Below are positions 24,090 through 37,149 of a stretch of DNA of 64,000 bases, one piece after another; positions within the stretch are counted from its first letter, which is position 1, and every line of letters begins with the position of its first letter. The notes beneath the pieces are model-generated. The model saw only the letters and a program-made list of their open reading frames with translations, did not search any database and was not told the origin of the DNA. Location: NCBI GenBank assembly GCA_010909165.1, contig MU008208.1, forward strand, positions 91,545-155,544, read 5' to 3'. The stretch is from Anthoceros angustus (Eukaryota > Plantae > Anthocerotophyta). A program made the translations under genes and the position numbers.

Positions 24090-27000
24090 TAGAGTGAACT
24101 CGCTTCAACAAGAAACCTACAAACAAAACCAAAATTAGCACCCAAACCGTAATTACGCTGCTACTAGTAAACACTAAAAATAAAAACATTGATACTCACC
24201 TTATTTTGGGAAATTTATCATAATTATATGATTGAAAATGTAATTTTCACGACCACTTGGCTTGATTGGTACTTAAAGATTATCATAATTGGCAACCAAT
24301 TGATGAAGAGGACTTGAAATTGACCATCTTCCGCAAGGTCACAACCTAAAACAACACAACCATTAATTTTCAATCTAGTAAACTGATTAATAAAAGCATA
24401 AAGCTTACCGATCCCGACGGATTTTCGCAGATAGCTTGAAATATCTCGAGGCACATCCTTCCGCCTCGTTGTCTTTCCCAGTAATCTCCGAACCTCTTGC
24501 TGCTCTTCTCTGCCGCTTTCTCTTGATGCTTAATATGCTCTTGTCTCCTCTCCGCATTTCTCCGCCTCAATCTCAAGGGCTTTCTCTTTGCTTAGAGACT
24601 CGTAATTCAACCGCCTGCCTCTATAAGTGCCTCCAAATCCTTTTGTCACTGAAACTCCATTTCGCTTCAATTTGTCATTCTCCACCCCTGCCTCGGGAGA
24701 TCCGGCAAGCCGCTCAAAGCCACTTACATTTCCATTTGCAACACAGTGCAATATATCCAGGTGCTACCACCCCACACTGGTTAACTTGGATGACCGATCA
24801 CACTCACTGCACAATGCCCTCCAACAGAGGGGCCATCGCATCCACTTCGTATGTATCAATGTTGAAATGAGGGATGAAGCACACTAGTCGAAGGATTTAC
24901 AATCCGCCAAGAAGAACACAATCGAAACTCCAAAATGAATGAAAACAACAAAAAGCCCAAAGAATCAACCTTGTCAACATATGGAATTTTAGTAGAACAC
25001 CGTGATCCGCTAGTATCCATCTGGATGCCTTGGCAGCTTTAAGGTGCCCGCCAAAAACAAAACCAAGATGATTAAAAAACTAACATGGCACTACAACAAA
25101 GCAACTTCACAATAACGAACTTCAAGACCACATGGTGGAAAAACTTAGTTCACCCCAACATTGTTCGTGGTCCGCTTTCATGATGAATAATGAGTGCCAG
25201 GAGGAAGACGACAAATCAAGTCGACACGTGATTTTGACACAAGTCCCTACATACTTGATACAAATCTCAAACACTTACATTACTAACGTGTTGCACTTGC
25301 AAGGGACGCTGATCTTCAGGCTGACTCGAAAATACTATTTCAGGAGTTACATTCAACACTGTTGACGGAAGAACACCCCTTAAATCATCCTGCATCCGAT
25401 TGAGTTCTTCATTTAAAAGCTCGATAAGATCGCTGCTCACTGTGAACAAGAACTCTTGCAGTACTGTTTTGCTTGACCGTAATCATATCGCAAAACATAT
25501 CAGAACGTCAGGAACGAGCATACAAAGACTCAAATGTCACAAGCTTTCACAACATATTACCTTGAAAATCCAGCATCCGTTTTATGGCTACCACACTTCT
25601 CCCAAAGATCGAGGGCACCTGAGCCATCGTCAAACGTGTAATCATCATTACACGGCAGCTCTTATTGGTGTAGTAGCCAACAAGCCCAACTGCTTCAGCC
25701 ATGGTCTTCATAAATCTTGACAGCATTCCTTTTGAAACACGAAGTTTTGCATACCAAGCTAACAAAAACAAGCTTAGTAAATAAAACCACAAAACTCAAG
25801 CCCAATAAACCAAAAACTTACATTGGATCTTGGGTTATCAATGGTTGAATTGAAGAGAAACCCCGAATTGACAAATTCTTGTCATGCGCACCACTTGGGA
25901 GAGTGATCAATAATGACTTTAAAGGTTTCGATGACGTCCTTTCGTAGATCTTGACCTTTGACTGAAATGCTCACCGGTAGTTCTTCATATCCACTTTGTA
26001 ATTTTTGAATGCCGCTCTTCATACCGCAAATGAAGACGAGCTCAATCTGACATCAAAACATCAAACAAACAAGAACAAAAAAGACTACACCCATCGAACA
26101 AAAGGTCCGAATCGATGCAAATGAGAAGTCCCTAATGAGGTTATGTAACTCTTCACCACCTCGAACCCCAAACTGGTCATGCAAAAATATGCACACCGCA
26201 AACAATATAGCATAAGGGCTCAGTTTAAGAGACCATAAATGAACAATCAAAGTGCACCCCAAAACCAACAATATTACCTTTTTGAGCCCCAAATGAGCAT
26301 TGATGATCTCGTGAAAGAATCATCATCGCCGAATCAATCAACTTCACCTCTTTTCGACATGACACAATCCCAAGGTCCTTGCCGATTTTCATGGACGCAA
26401 CCATGCACCCATGGAAAATTCCATGAAACATGTTGATCAGGAACATCGTAACCAAGCTTTTGGGGATGCACTTCCTTGTCAAAATCCGGTTAAACCCACG
26501 AAAGAAAGACATCAGCCTGCACAAGTGAAGATCAGCAATCAGTCATGTGAAAGGAAAGTCAGAACTATCAAAATCAACAAGTAAGAAAACATCACAACTT
26601 ACGTTTCTGGAGAAAATCTCCGTTGTCCTTCAGATTCCGAACTTGATGGAAAAAGGGTATCAGAATAAGATTTAGATCCTTGTAAGGAATATCCTCAACA
26701 GCAGTATCCCATCCCCTGACCCCACTCACTTTCATAAAGGCCCTGAGACGACTTCGACACCAGTTATTCTGCCGTTTTGACCTATCCTCCCCACCACTCA
26801 AAGCATCATTCACAGCTCCCTCGACCGACGGTCAAATCCGCCTCAAAATTTCTTCATCATCAATTTCCTCCATACCCATGGCAAAGTCATCTTCGGGACC
26901 GACACTTTAGCCTCTCAAACATATCGAGCACTTCTTGATCGTGGATGACTGTGGTCGGAACCACAGGCATGGAAATCGCCACCAGAAGCATCTGCTCAAC

Positions 27001-27441
27001 CACAGACACAAATTTCTAGACTCTAGAGCTTTGGCGGGTCACAACCATGGGATCCTCCGTTATCAAGAAATCATTCTCCCCACAACCTGGACCCCTCTCT
27101 CATTAATGGGACATAGTTAGTAATCTCCGCAAGAGGACCTTCAACCAATGTCAGTGTCACCCTTCTTCTCTTCTCACAAAACTCACCGCACGTCGAGCAT
27201 CCTTCTTGGATGAGAAGTGCCTTGGCGGTTTAGGAATGCCTTTTTTTGGAACTAAATATGTTCCTTCACTGTGCACCAACACACCATCAACTTTACCATC
27301 ATCCTGCAGTGGATGAGTTGCAGTGTGGAGGACGGCTGACTTGACACGCTGTCTAGTGTACGGCTTAGCCATGACTTCGGCCAGGGACCCTTGCTTCTTT
27401 CCCGGTCCAGCAGGCCCAGTGGGTTTCCTTTTGGGTGCCAT
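24090..27441 (-). pseudogene. Crypton-like tyrosine recombinase, copy 2, apparently full span
   Basis: MAPKRKP start (NLS-like), CIFLHDQFGVRGGEELHNL, WYAKLRVSKGMLSRFMKTMAEAVGLVGYYTNKSCR; same intron positions as copy 1. Confidence 0.8.
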
Positions 27442-27899
27442 CTGCAAAGAAAAGCACCAGTGATCAAAACACAAAAAAACATTTGAAGTTAATGAACTTG
27501 CAAACCAATATGAAAAGACTTACATGGAGGTGAATGCTTTCAAATGAGAACCGAAGGGTCTAAAAGTTGATTATACCACAATCGAAAAGAAGGATGTGGA
27601 GATATTGCGAGACACATCCTTTGATCTATACATTAGATTTTGATCCCTCCATTTTAAGTTAGAGACAAAACTTCCATTTTAACAAACCCACATACTTCAA
27701 ACACTCTTTTCGCTAACCAATATTGATAGATAGCCCCAAAGACACAACCAGCCTTGATCACCGACATCAAGAAACACGTGAATTTCACACTCGGGCAAAT
27801 AGTTATCCCGAGACACGAAAAATTAGAATGTTGGAAGAGCCCCTTCACACGATGACAAATTTCCCCTACAATGAAACGAGTTTAGTGAGGTGATATTTA

Positions 27900-29900
27900 A
27901 TGTCCAAGAATAAACAAAAACAAAGGAAAGGGTGTAAACATCTCTTACTAAAATCCTGAATTCAACCCTAAGAATTTTCTGGTGCGTGGGCTGGTCTGCA
28001 ACAAAAGGCAAAAGAGTTAACAACAAAACCAAAGATCGATGAAACAAACATAGCAGAAAAAGAACCACGATTGGACCCAGCAACACCAACCATGACCAAG
28101 AAATACAAACCACGTAAACCCGACATAATGCACAAAACAAGAACAAAAAGTCACATAAAACGAAAACTAAACATATCAAATTAGACAAACAAAGTGACTA
28201 ACAAACGCAATGAAGCACAAAACAGCAGACAATCGCGAAGCAAAGACGAGGCGTAAAAGTGATCACCTTCCAAAAGACACAAACAAAGACACACATCAAG
28301 ACAAAAGCAAACGACAAACGAGCATGTGAACAACTTAACCGAAAGACAAATACCTTTAAAATGTTTTGCCCAAAGGCACATGATAAACAAGCTCTTCGCA
28401 TGAAAAATAAGAAAGTACAACGAAGACAAAACGAGTTAAGGACGCAACACTTTGAGAGATGAAGCAAAAAGCGCAGAGATTACAAATCAAGTCAAACGCA
28501 GCCTGATGCCGTATCACATAACAGAACAATGTTTATAACAAAGAAGAACAAATAAGATAACAAATGACACGCGACAAGACACATGGTGATAAAATAAGAA
28601 TGTATAACGTGAGCAAACGAGATAAACACCAAGCGAAAACAAAATGACTTATTAACAAGACATAGCATATTTAGAAAATGAAAACAGAGACAGATGAAAA
28701 CACAAGACACAACAGCGACAAGACATTACATCATCAGCAAACGTAAAGTGAACGTGACGCACAACGAAGCGATAAACACATTAACACAAGGGCAATACCA
28801 CAAAGAAAGAATGTCAAGATAAGAGCAAATATACACACAAACAAAGACTCACCACAAGACAACGTGGAAGTGATGATGAGGTACAAAGCACAACCAATGA
28901 GAGCAAAATGAGAACACGAGCAAAAGAAACAGACACCAAGAAACACAAAACGTCCACAAGAGATAAACAAGGAAGGCAAGTGAGAACAAAACAAAAGTCA
29001 AAACACTTATAGTCAAACGCATGAGAGGTTCCGACAAGACACCTTGGCCTTGACAGACAATCGACAACGCAAAACCCTTGGCCTCGAACAAAAACAACAA
29101 TAAGAAACCTCGAATAACAAAGAAGACCTTGGCTACCGTAAAGCATAAAGCAACAAAACCCAGAAGCAATCATCGTCGGCAAGCTAACAGACATCAAAGA
29201 CAAAGAATCAACACATGATGCAAACACACAACAAGACGAAAAAGAAACGCTAAGACATCTAAAACAACTAGAGCGGCTGACCTTAAAGCGCAAACGCGAG
29301 CACCTTGGCACCGCAACAAGTGAGAAACCAACCGCCTTGGACAAAAGAGAATGAAACTTGAAACCAGAAACAACCTAAATACAAATGCAGAGACAAAGAA
29401 AGAAACTGACAAAGAGAGGAATGAGCAATTGGAAGGTCACAGCAAAACCCTTGGCCTCGACAAAACAACAATGAAAGAAACCTCGAAACAAGAAGACCTT
29501 GGCCTTCGGACCGAAAGCATAAAGCGAAATAAAAGGAACCACAAGGAACAACGAAACCAGAGCTCCTCGGCCTAGCACATCAAAATACAATTGAAAGCGG
29601 ACTACGACTACAGAGATCCGCAAGCTAACAAGACGAATAAAATCACCGATGCAAGCACCACAAGACGGGCGCAAAAGAAACGCAAGGCAACTAAAAGGGA
29701 TCTAGCGGGATGGACCTTAGAAGCGCCTTGAGCAACGCGAGCACCTTGGCCCGGGACCGCAACAAGTGAGAAACCAACCCTTGGCCCTCGGACAAAAGCG
29801 ATGAATGAAACTTGAAATCAGAAACAACCTTGGAAATCGGACGAAAGCAAAGGGACATAGAGAAAGAGGGAGTAGAAAGGGAGACGCAGATGACAGTGAG
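27900..29900. repeat. A/C-rich low-complexity region with ~0.4 kb imperfect duplications; likely long 5' intron/UTR of the YR gene
   Basis: Strong A/C skew. Repeated blocks gcaaaacccttggcctcg (~29069, ~29442) and gcaccttggc...aacaagtgagaaaccaacc (~29300, ~29741). Confidence 0.7.
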
Positions 29901-29959
29901 AGGGAATGACGCATTGGAAGGTCCCAAGCACCCTAGCACAAAAGACCAAAAGGTCCGTG

Positions 29960-30270
29960 AACCCGCTTATATAGGCCCCAAAACCCTAACCCTTCTCTCT
30001 CCGGTACCGCCACTCTCTCCAACCAAATTTGAAAATACCAAACCTACTCTACCGAGCGGACACCCAACCAACCTAGGGTCGCCATCTGCCGCCGCCTCCT
30101 CAACCAACCTAGTCACCTTGTTCCAAACCTAGCCATGCAACACCTAACCTAATTTCCGAACCTCTTCGTAGGCGAACCTCGCTGCCAATGAACACCCACG
30201 CATGGCTCTTCAAGCATCCGAACCCTAATTCAAGTCTATTTAAGGAGCACTCACGCCTCGACACTTTATC
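29960..30270. promoter_or_regulatory. Putative bidirectional promoter of YR element 2
   Basis: Minus-strand TATA (cctatataag), telo-box AAACCCTAA at ~29981, plus-strand ctatttaa at ~30236; homologous to 8780-9110. Confidence 0.45.
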
Positions 30271-31803
30271 GCCCACCACGCCGCTTCTCCCTTCTACGCC
30301 GCCGCCTAGCACGCCGCTGTGGTGTGTCACTCGCCTCGCCCCCGCTAGTTCTACGCTAGTTCCATCCTCCGCCAGCCGCCGGGTTCGCCCTACCCACGCC
30401 CTACCGCCCACCACGCCGGCTGCCGCCTCTTTCTCCACGCCCCTTGCTCACCGGCAAGCTCTCTTCACCTATGAACGCCTCGCCCACCACGCCAACAGCC
30501 GCTGTTTCTCTTCTCAGAGTGAATAGCGAGCTGCCTTCGTCCAGAGCCCGAACGCCCGCCGATCAACACCGCTCCGATCGCTGCCTTGGTTCCGCGACGC
30601 AAGCAATACCTCATCATCGATGGTGGCCCTCGAGGTGAAGAGCACGTCAAGACGTTGCGATTGGCAACAAAGGTAAATTACCGCCATGAGTTTGTTTTGC
30701 CTTTGAAATTGTTTGTCTTTTGCTTTGTGCCTATGCTCATGCTTTTGTTTTACCGCAGGATACCACACAACGCAAGGTTCCGAACACCGTAAAAGTTGGA
30801 CTCCGCAAGAACCGAGTGCCATTTTCCCGCCGGCCGGGCTTTCCACTCACCGCTGTTGCCTCCGCAAGCGCCAAGGAGACAAAAGAGGTCTCCCTTGCGT
30901 CCGAGGTACGACGACAACACTCTTACCGTGGTCGCCTTTTATTCTTTCTTGCCGCCTCGCTCACCCGGCCGCGCACTCTTGCCTCGCCTTTGCTTGAATA
31001 TTATCGTATGTTTGCTTGCAAAAGTTTTCTTACCTTGAATGTTGCGCAGAAAACCTCGAGACTCTCTACACACGCCTTGAGTCCAACGCAAGAAGACATG
31101 AACGTAACAAGCCTACGGTGTAGCGAACTTATCTTTCGCTCGTTTCGCTTTCAAAGTCGCTACTCGACCGAAAAACGCTAGCAAGTCTTCGATAGTTCTC
31201 GATCCGCTTGACGCTTTTCGCTTAACTGCTCTCTTTATTCTCGCTTAATCTCGCTTAATCATCCGGACGTAACCCGTTCAAGAGTGACCAAGACGCCGCG
31301 TGTGCACAGCATGCAAGAGATCAGCCAACTGCCTCAACCTATAGAGGTCGCATCGCGCCTTTCCTTAGGCATACGCTTGTCTTAAACCTCGTGTTCAAAA
31401 TGTAGCTAGAGTCGATTGGTCATTCAGCAATGTTTGAGTCAACATCGCGTCCGTGACAACAACTTGTCGAGTCAACTTTATGCAAGGTATTTATAGGCAT
31501 GGAATACGCGCAAGCGGTGGCATGCATCGGTGCAACTTTCTTGATATTGGATCACTCGACGGTTCAAAAGTCCGTAATCATATTTTATTTCTAACCGTGT
31601 TTTCCTAACTATTCGTAAATTGCGTTCGAATATCTTAACGAGACGCATGCAAACCGCTTGAGCGTAAGTCATATCCGTGTTGCCGTAGTATATTTTATCA
31701 GCTGAAAGTACGCTGCATGCGCATAACTTGCACAGAATAAAGAAGCGCGCAAGACACGCATTTTCAAAAGTTCAAGTTATTCATTGGCCCCGATTGCTTT
31801 TAG

Positions 31804-33350
31804 AATGGCATCCGAGAATGAGAGCAACGATGAAATGGTCGACATCCAAGAAGGTAATGATCATTTCGCCACACCTAAATCCATTTTCTGGTTGACTCAT
31901 GGCTAAATGATTTTCCGTGACGACAATAGTAAAGACCCAACAAACCTTAACGGCGATCAAACAACAATGTTCCCACCCATGGGGATCCGAGGATATGATG
32001 ACAGTCAAGTTCAAATCCTCTCATTGAGATACGAAAGATAGTTGAGAAAGGTAATACATTTCAATTAACTAATTGAATCTCCGTGAACATTTCTAACTCG
32101 ATATCTTTGATACAAGACTAACGGAGCACACTATGTTCACATCAATGGACAAAAGGACTTAGCCTCCTTTGTGTGCCTAACCGGAAAAAATTAAAAAGGT
32201 AAAGACTTGGTTCGCAACTTAGGATCAGACAAATATATCTCGCAACTCACTTTAGTTGTATATGGTTACTGGATATTAAGAAGAATCTCCGAACAACAAT
32301 TAGAGTTGGAAACAATGACTGGTCCGGAGGTTTAATGGACGATCTCAATTCATCGATTTTGGAGGTAAACAACTAACACTCAATATATGTGTATTTTATT
32401 TTACAGTAATAAATACTAATTTGTTTACAGTGTCACGAACAAGTTGCTGCAAAGGAAATTAAGGAGAAAATTGAAGCAATGGATTTTAAAATCAACAACA
32501 ACCCATCTTTCATCGTAATTGTTGTATGTTTGTAATTAATAATTAGTTTATAGTAGTATATAACGACAATACGCTTTTTTCAAAGGACAAAAGAGGAAAA
32601 AGACGAGTCAAGATAATGCACCAACGTATGGACCATCGAAAGAATTTGCCGATTTTGGAAAATGGATGGATAACTTTCAAGATCCACAAGTCTTCCAAGA
32701 TTTTAAATAGATATGTTCCCATTTGGGAACATAGCCTCAAAGATCCACCGCACCGACCGCAATGAAGATGGGTCGACAGAACCCTAGAGCGACATGGAGA
32801 TCCAAAAAGTAAGTGTTATCGGTTTATGTTATTCTTAGTATAGTTTAAATCTTTTATGTAGTACTAATGAAATTTGAGTTTTGGTAATGTAGAAATATCG
32901 CAGCCATTGAAAATAAGGAAAACCATGACTTGTTGACTGGAAGATCCAAACTACAAAAACATTCAAAAGGTTAGTTCCAGAATAATTTATTTATGTAAAC
33001 AAGGAAAATTGATATTCGTATTTCCAAATATGTAAATTCTAACGTTGATACCTCTTTGCGTAACGCCCAATCACATTTCCGTAGTGTGAAATCTTCACAG
33101 CCATTGCCTCACATTAGTGAGAAAGGTATTTACCGAGCAAGATCTTCTTCGACTTGAAATGGAGGTAAAATATTAACGCATTTTTGTTTGTAGTTATCAA
33201 GAATCAAAAGGAGTTGTTTGCACTATTTGAGGTTAGTATATCATATTTACAGGTGAAATTGAATATGTACGATATCTAACATTTACCATTGCCCAAAATA
33301 TTCCCGCTTGACGAAATTAAATGATTAACTTTCTTCTCGGACCGTAATAA
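31804..33350 (+). pseudogene. Multi-exon gene of unknown function, probable cargo of YR element 2
   Basis: ATG MASENESNDEMVDIQE followed by many short AT-rich GT-AG introns. Exons include CHEQVAAKEIKEKIEAMDF and CLTLVRKVFTEQDLLRLEME. Confidence 0.45.
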
Positions 33351-33554
33351 TGAACAAAGAAAGAAGTATTATTCAAGACGAGCATCCGAAATCGCTGTGT
33401 ACACCCCTTCAACGCCAGAAGAAAGTTAGAAAGGATAAATCAAAAAACGTGAAAAGGCAAACAAAGCGTGAAAGTGAAAACTGGCGAAGTGAAAACCGTG
33501 GAAAGAGAGAGAAAAAGACTTTTAAAGTGGTTGCACAAGGCGCTCTAAGATAAG

Positions 33555-34519
33555 ACAGCACTTTCTGCCCCCGGAAGTCGAGTGAGGCGCCCGGCCCCGC
33601 ACTCGCCGCCTTACGCTGGAACGAACGCCGCCGGGCGCTCCTAGAACGGTCTCGGCCCACCCGCCGACTGCTTCCGTGACGCCCGCCAAGGTCCCGCTCT
33701 CTAATACATGTCGTCCTCTCCAACATCTTCATTTGCAGTTTTATGGTCTTCATATTCTCCACTATCAGCGTCATCCAGGACATCTATACCCGCTGGCAAG
33801 TACCTCTCTATTTCTTGTTCCATTGAATCCTCATCAGAATTGTCCCTATTCGGGGCTGCTGATGACGGTGCTTTGGTCGAGGTTGCGAACTGCCTTTTCC
33901 TTGCCTCTCCATCGCTTTCACAAGCTTGTTCGGCCATCTTCGTCATCATCAACCCCAGAACTATTTCTTTTTGGAGAAACGCCAGCATAGTCCCGAATGT
34001 CTGCAATTAAAACATAAGAATGACTCCATTAACCAGATACATCTACCAGAGACATCCACACTTGAGCTTTAGAACACCAAGCGGCGCGCCAAGTACGCGC
34101 CGCACCGCAGACGACCGTGCGGCATGCCAGCGTGTGAAGGCTCGGGCGAGCCGATGCGGCGCGCGCGCACTTGCCGGCACAAACTGGGATCACATGGTAC
34201 CCCATGCTGCCCAAGTGCGCGCCAGGACCAATGACGGCGATGCGATGCCTGGTCCCATTGATTACGCGCAGCAGCACGCCGCAAACCCGTTAGATTTGGG
34301 CGCACTGGTGTGCACTCAGGGTCTGGGACATGCGCGCCCGTAGCGCACTCAGTGCATCTCCCATCCCGGCTCGACTTGACTCGAGAAAAAGGGGAAGCCT
34401 GATCATCTTGGTCACATACCTGCTTGTCTGGTCAACGGCCCATCACTGCAGTTTGAGTATTGCCATAGCTTGGAATCCTCACTCAAGACCAAGTGACATG
34501 GCGGAATTCTTCAAAAGAC
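33555..34519 (-). pseudogene. Probable upstream exons of ParB-MTase gene A
   Basis: Acidic exon 33700-34000 resembles gene B 14460-14620. MSLGLE*GFQAMAILK (34450-34500) resembles gene B ISLHLGFAVAAIAILK (~11845-11895). Confidence 0.4.
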
Positions 34520-36850
34520 AAAGTCGCAGCCTGGGTGGCCTCGACGCTGGGCTTAGCTCGATTTTTTTTGGGGCCAGAGGGTAGATTTCAGAGAGAGAAT
34601 TGACCATTTGGTCATTTTATTTACTCAATATAGTAAAATCTATTACAATGTAGTAGTAGAAAACATAGCATATGGGTGAAATGCATCCACCATAATCTGC
34701 AAGAAACCATGCTGGCGGTGGAAAAAATTGACTCAAGTGAATACTGTGTACATCTGGATGAAAGCTCATCCTAGAATCCCACCAAATCGCTAATCTGGCG
34801 ATCAAAACATATTCAAGAATACCATTCATGATCCAGGATATATAAAACCAACAAAGAAACACTTTTCTTTGTTGGTTTCCGTGATATCCGTAATATATGA
34901 AAGACAAATTAAAACAATGTAGAGTAAATACCCGGATAGATTGATCCCCGCTACTGCCACAATATGACCTACATAAAAATGTAAATTAGGTATGTAATAG
35001 CAAAAAATATAAAGAAATAACCAAAGTTACTTCAGAAATCATACTAACCTTATTTCGGAAAATTCACAGTACAATTGTACAAGTTAAAAATGTAATTTTC
35101 ACGTCCAGATGATTTTATAGGCACAACTTGCCCAACATTATCATAGCTGGCTAGAACTTGTCAAGTTCGTGACTTCAAAAATTCATCATTTTCCGTGAAA
35201 CAACCACGCCCAATCACAAACATTAATTTCACTCCCTTATACGTTAGAAACGTAAGCGTTGTCAAGGCAAGATGGGCGCCTCGGCCTAACGGCTCACTGC
35301 TTCTCGGCCGTGGGCGCCCCTCATTGCTCCCTAATACTTCTCCTTCATTGTGCATATCAAGAGCTTCATTCTGAATTGCGACCAAACTTCATACTTCCAA
35401 GCCCATAGAATGTACCCAACCACAATCTTCTATGTCCTCAACGCATCCATATACCCATTCACCCAGAGCGCCGGAATGGGATCAAAATTCTCTTGGGTGG
35501 AGTCAGTTCCTTCTTCATGGATGCACCATTCCTTGTCCAGTAGTCCCTGTTCTAATAGATCTGTACAAATTCCAGTCAACACATTCTTCTCCGCGTAGTA
35601 AAAGGATTCTCCAAAGTTGTCCCTAGCACAATCCCGATATCATCGAACAATGTTGAGGTGCTGTCATCCAGCAGCCTTGATGCTCCCTTGCTTTGCTTAG
35701 ACCTCCGCTGTGATGCCCCTTGGGAAGGCCCACTCTTCCCATCTGATGCTCCTTGTGGTAGCAGAGTCGACTTCTGCAGCTGGGTCCGATTGTGGGTCAT
35801 GACCACCACCCGCACCTCCTCTGGTGCTAAGTGCTTCCTAAGCTCGTGCTTGACATTGACTTGCTCCTTTTGGCGCTTTTGGAGGTTTTGGCTGTGGTTG
35901 AGGTTCCACAATGTTGGCGTGTTTTGCACGCACTTGCCGCTGTGGGATGGACATGTATGTCAACCATAGATGCACAGGTGAAGCATTAGAGGAAATCGGA
36001 GGCAAATACAGACCAAGCACAAAACAAGACAAGATAGAAGGTGCCTTGTTTTCATGAAACAGGCCAAGTTAAGGTGCCACAAACCTGCTATTTTGGGATC
36101 TCTTGATATGCTATATAGAAGACAGGTCCAGTCTTCTACAAATTACTTGAATTTCCGCAGGCTTCCCCGATAAGCCTGCAAACCTTGCTCTCGAGGCAGA
36201 CTCAAGCACTGCGGACGAAATTTTACTGAATTCCTGCCTCGCGCACCAAAAGCTGGACCTCAGCTCCTTGCCCTTAAGCACTTAATCCCACACGGTAAAC
36301 ACAAAAGCAAACACACCATGCCTACATCGGGCGCACACCTTTTGTGTGGCGCACACACACCTTTTGTGGCGCAACACACCTGGCCTCAAATGCTTTCCTC
36401 AAGCGGTGATTGACCTTGGAGAACTCTTGACCAAAGCGGGCTCCATGTAAACTGCGGCGTCTCCAATCTCAAAAGGCGGTGCCGACCGGTGACATCACGT
36501 AAGCTCTTGATTGTCTCGCCCCGAATCTCACAAGAGATTGTCGCTGTAAAGCTATCTCGCGTGTTTTCAAGGGCACAACCATAAGTTTCACTCTTCAAGC
36601 TCGCTTCAAACTCAAACTCACCTCACCGCAAATCCTCTCGCCCATGCCCCGTATCGACTCATAAACCGAGGGACCCAAAACCCTTGTTTTAAGTGGGTAC
36701 AAATCTTGTGTCATGCGCCATAATATAACCCCTTGGTTACCTAACCACGGGTTAACTAACTACGGGTTGAAGGTTAAGTTTAGGTTTCCGTTATAGCCCC
36801 TTATTTGAAGCCGAATGTTCGGTTATTAACATTGGGGGCTACTATAACGG
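34520..36850 (-). mobile_element. Divergent non-autonomous member of the YR family (far end uncertain)
   Basis: 34520-35110 matches the family 3' terminus and 3' UTR in reverse (aaagtcgcagcc...ggcctcgac...gagagagaattgacc...tggtcatttt). Confidence 0.55.
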
Positions 36851-37149
36851 GTCAAACTTGCCACCATAATCATATTTGGATATTTTAACGTTCAAACCCA
36901 GATGGACAACTGCATAGTATGAAGCTCTTCTTACTCTCAGAAAAGCTTGACAGCTGGATACTTGCCAAGTGTGAAGCGACTAATCAAATGCGTAGCTTTC
37001 TCCAACCTACCTATACGCGGTATCACATTGATCGCAGCGCATTAGAAGCGACATAAGCGACAACATGGATGTGGTTTGGCTTCGACAATGTATCACGATG
37101 GATTTTTTTGCAAGTAGCCGCCACCCCGACCTGTGGTCACAAGGCTCGA

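Larger units (their letters stand above)
23699..33550 (-). mobile_element. Crypton-like YR element, copy 2 (~9.8 kb; far boundary inferred)
   Basis: Family terminus in reverse at 23699-23950, YR gene, conserved promoter. Gene-A-like sequence appears to resume at about 33555. Confidence 0.6.

Noticed and set aside
27650-29940. Many Cys/Phe/Leu-rich minus-strand ORFs resembling membrane proteins
   Set aside because: Artefacts of the GT-rich low-complexity composition.
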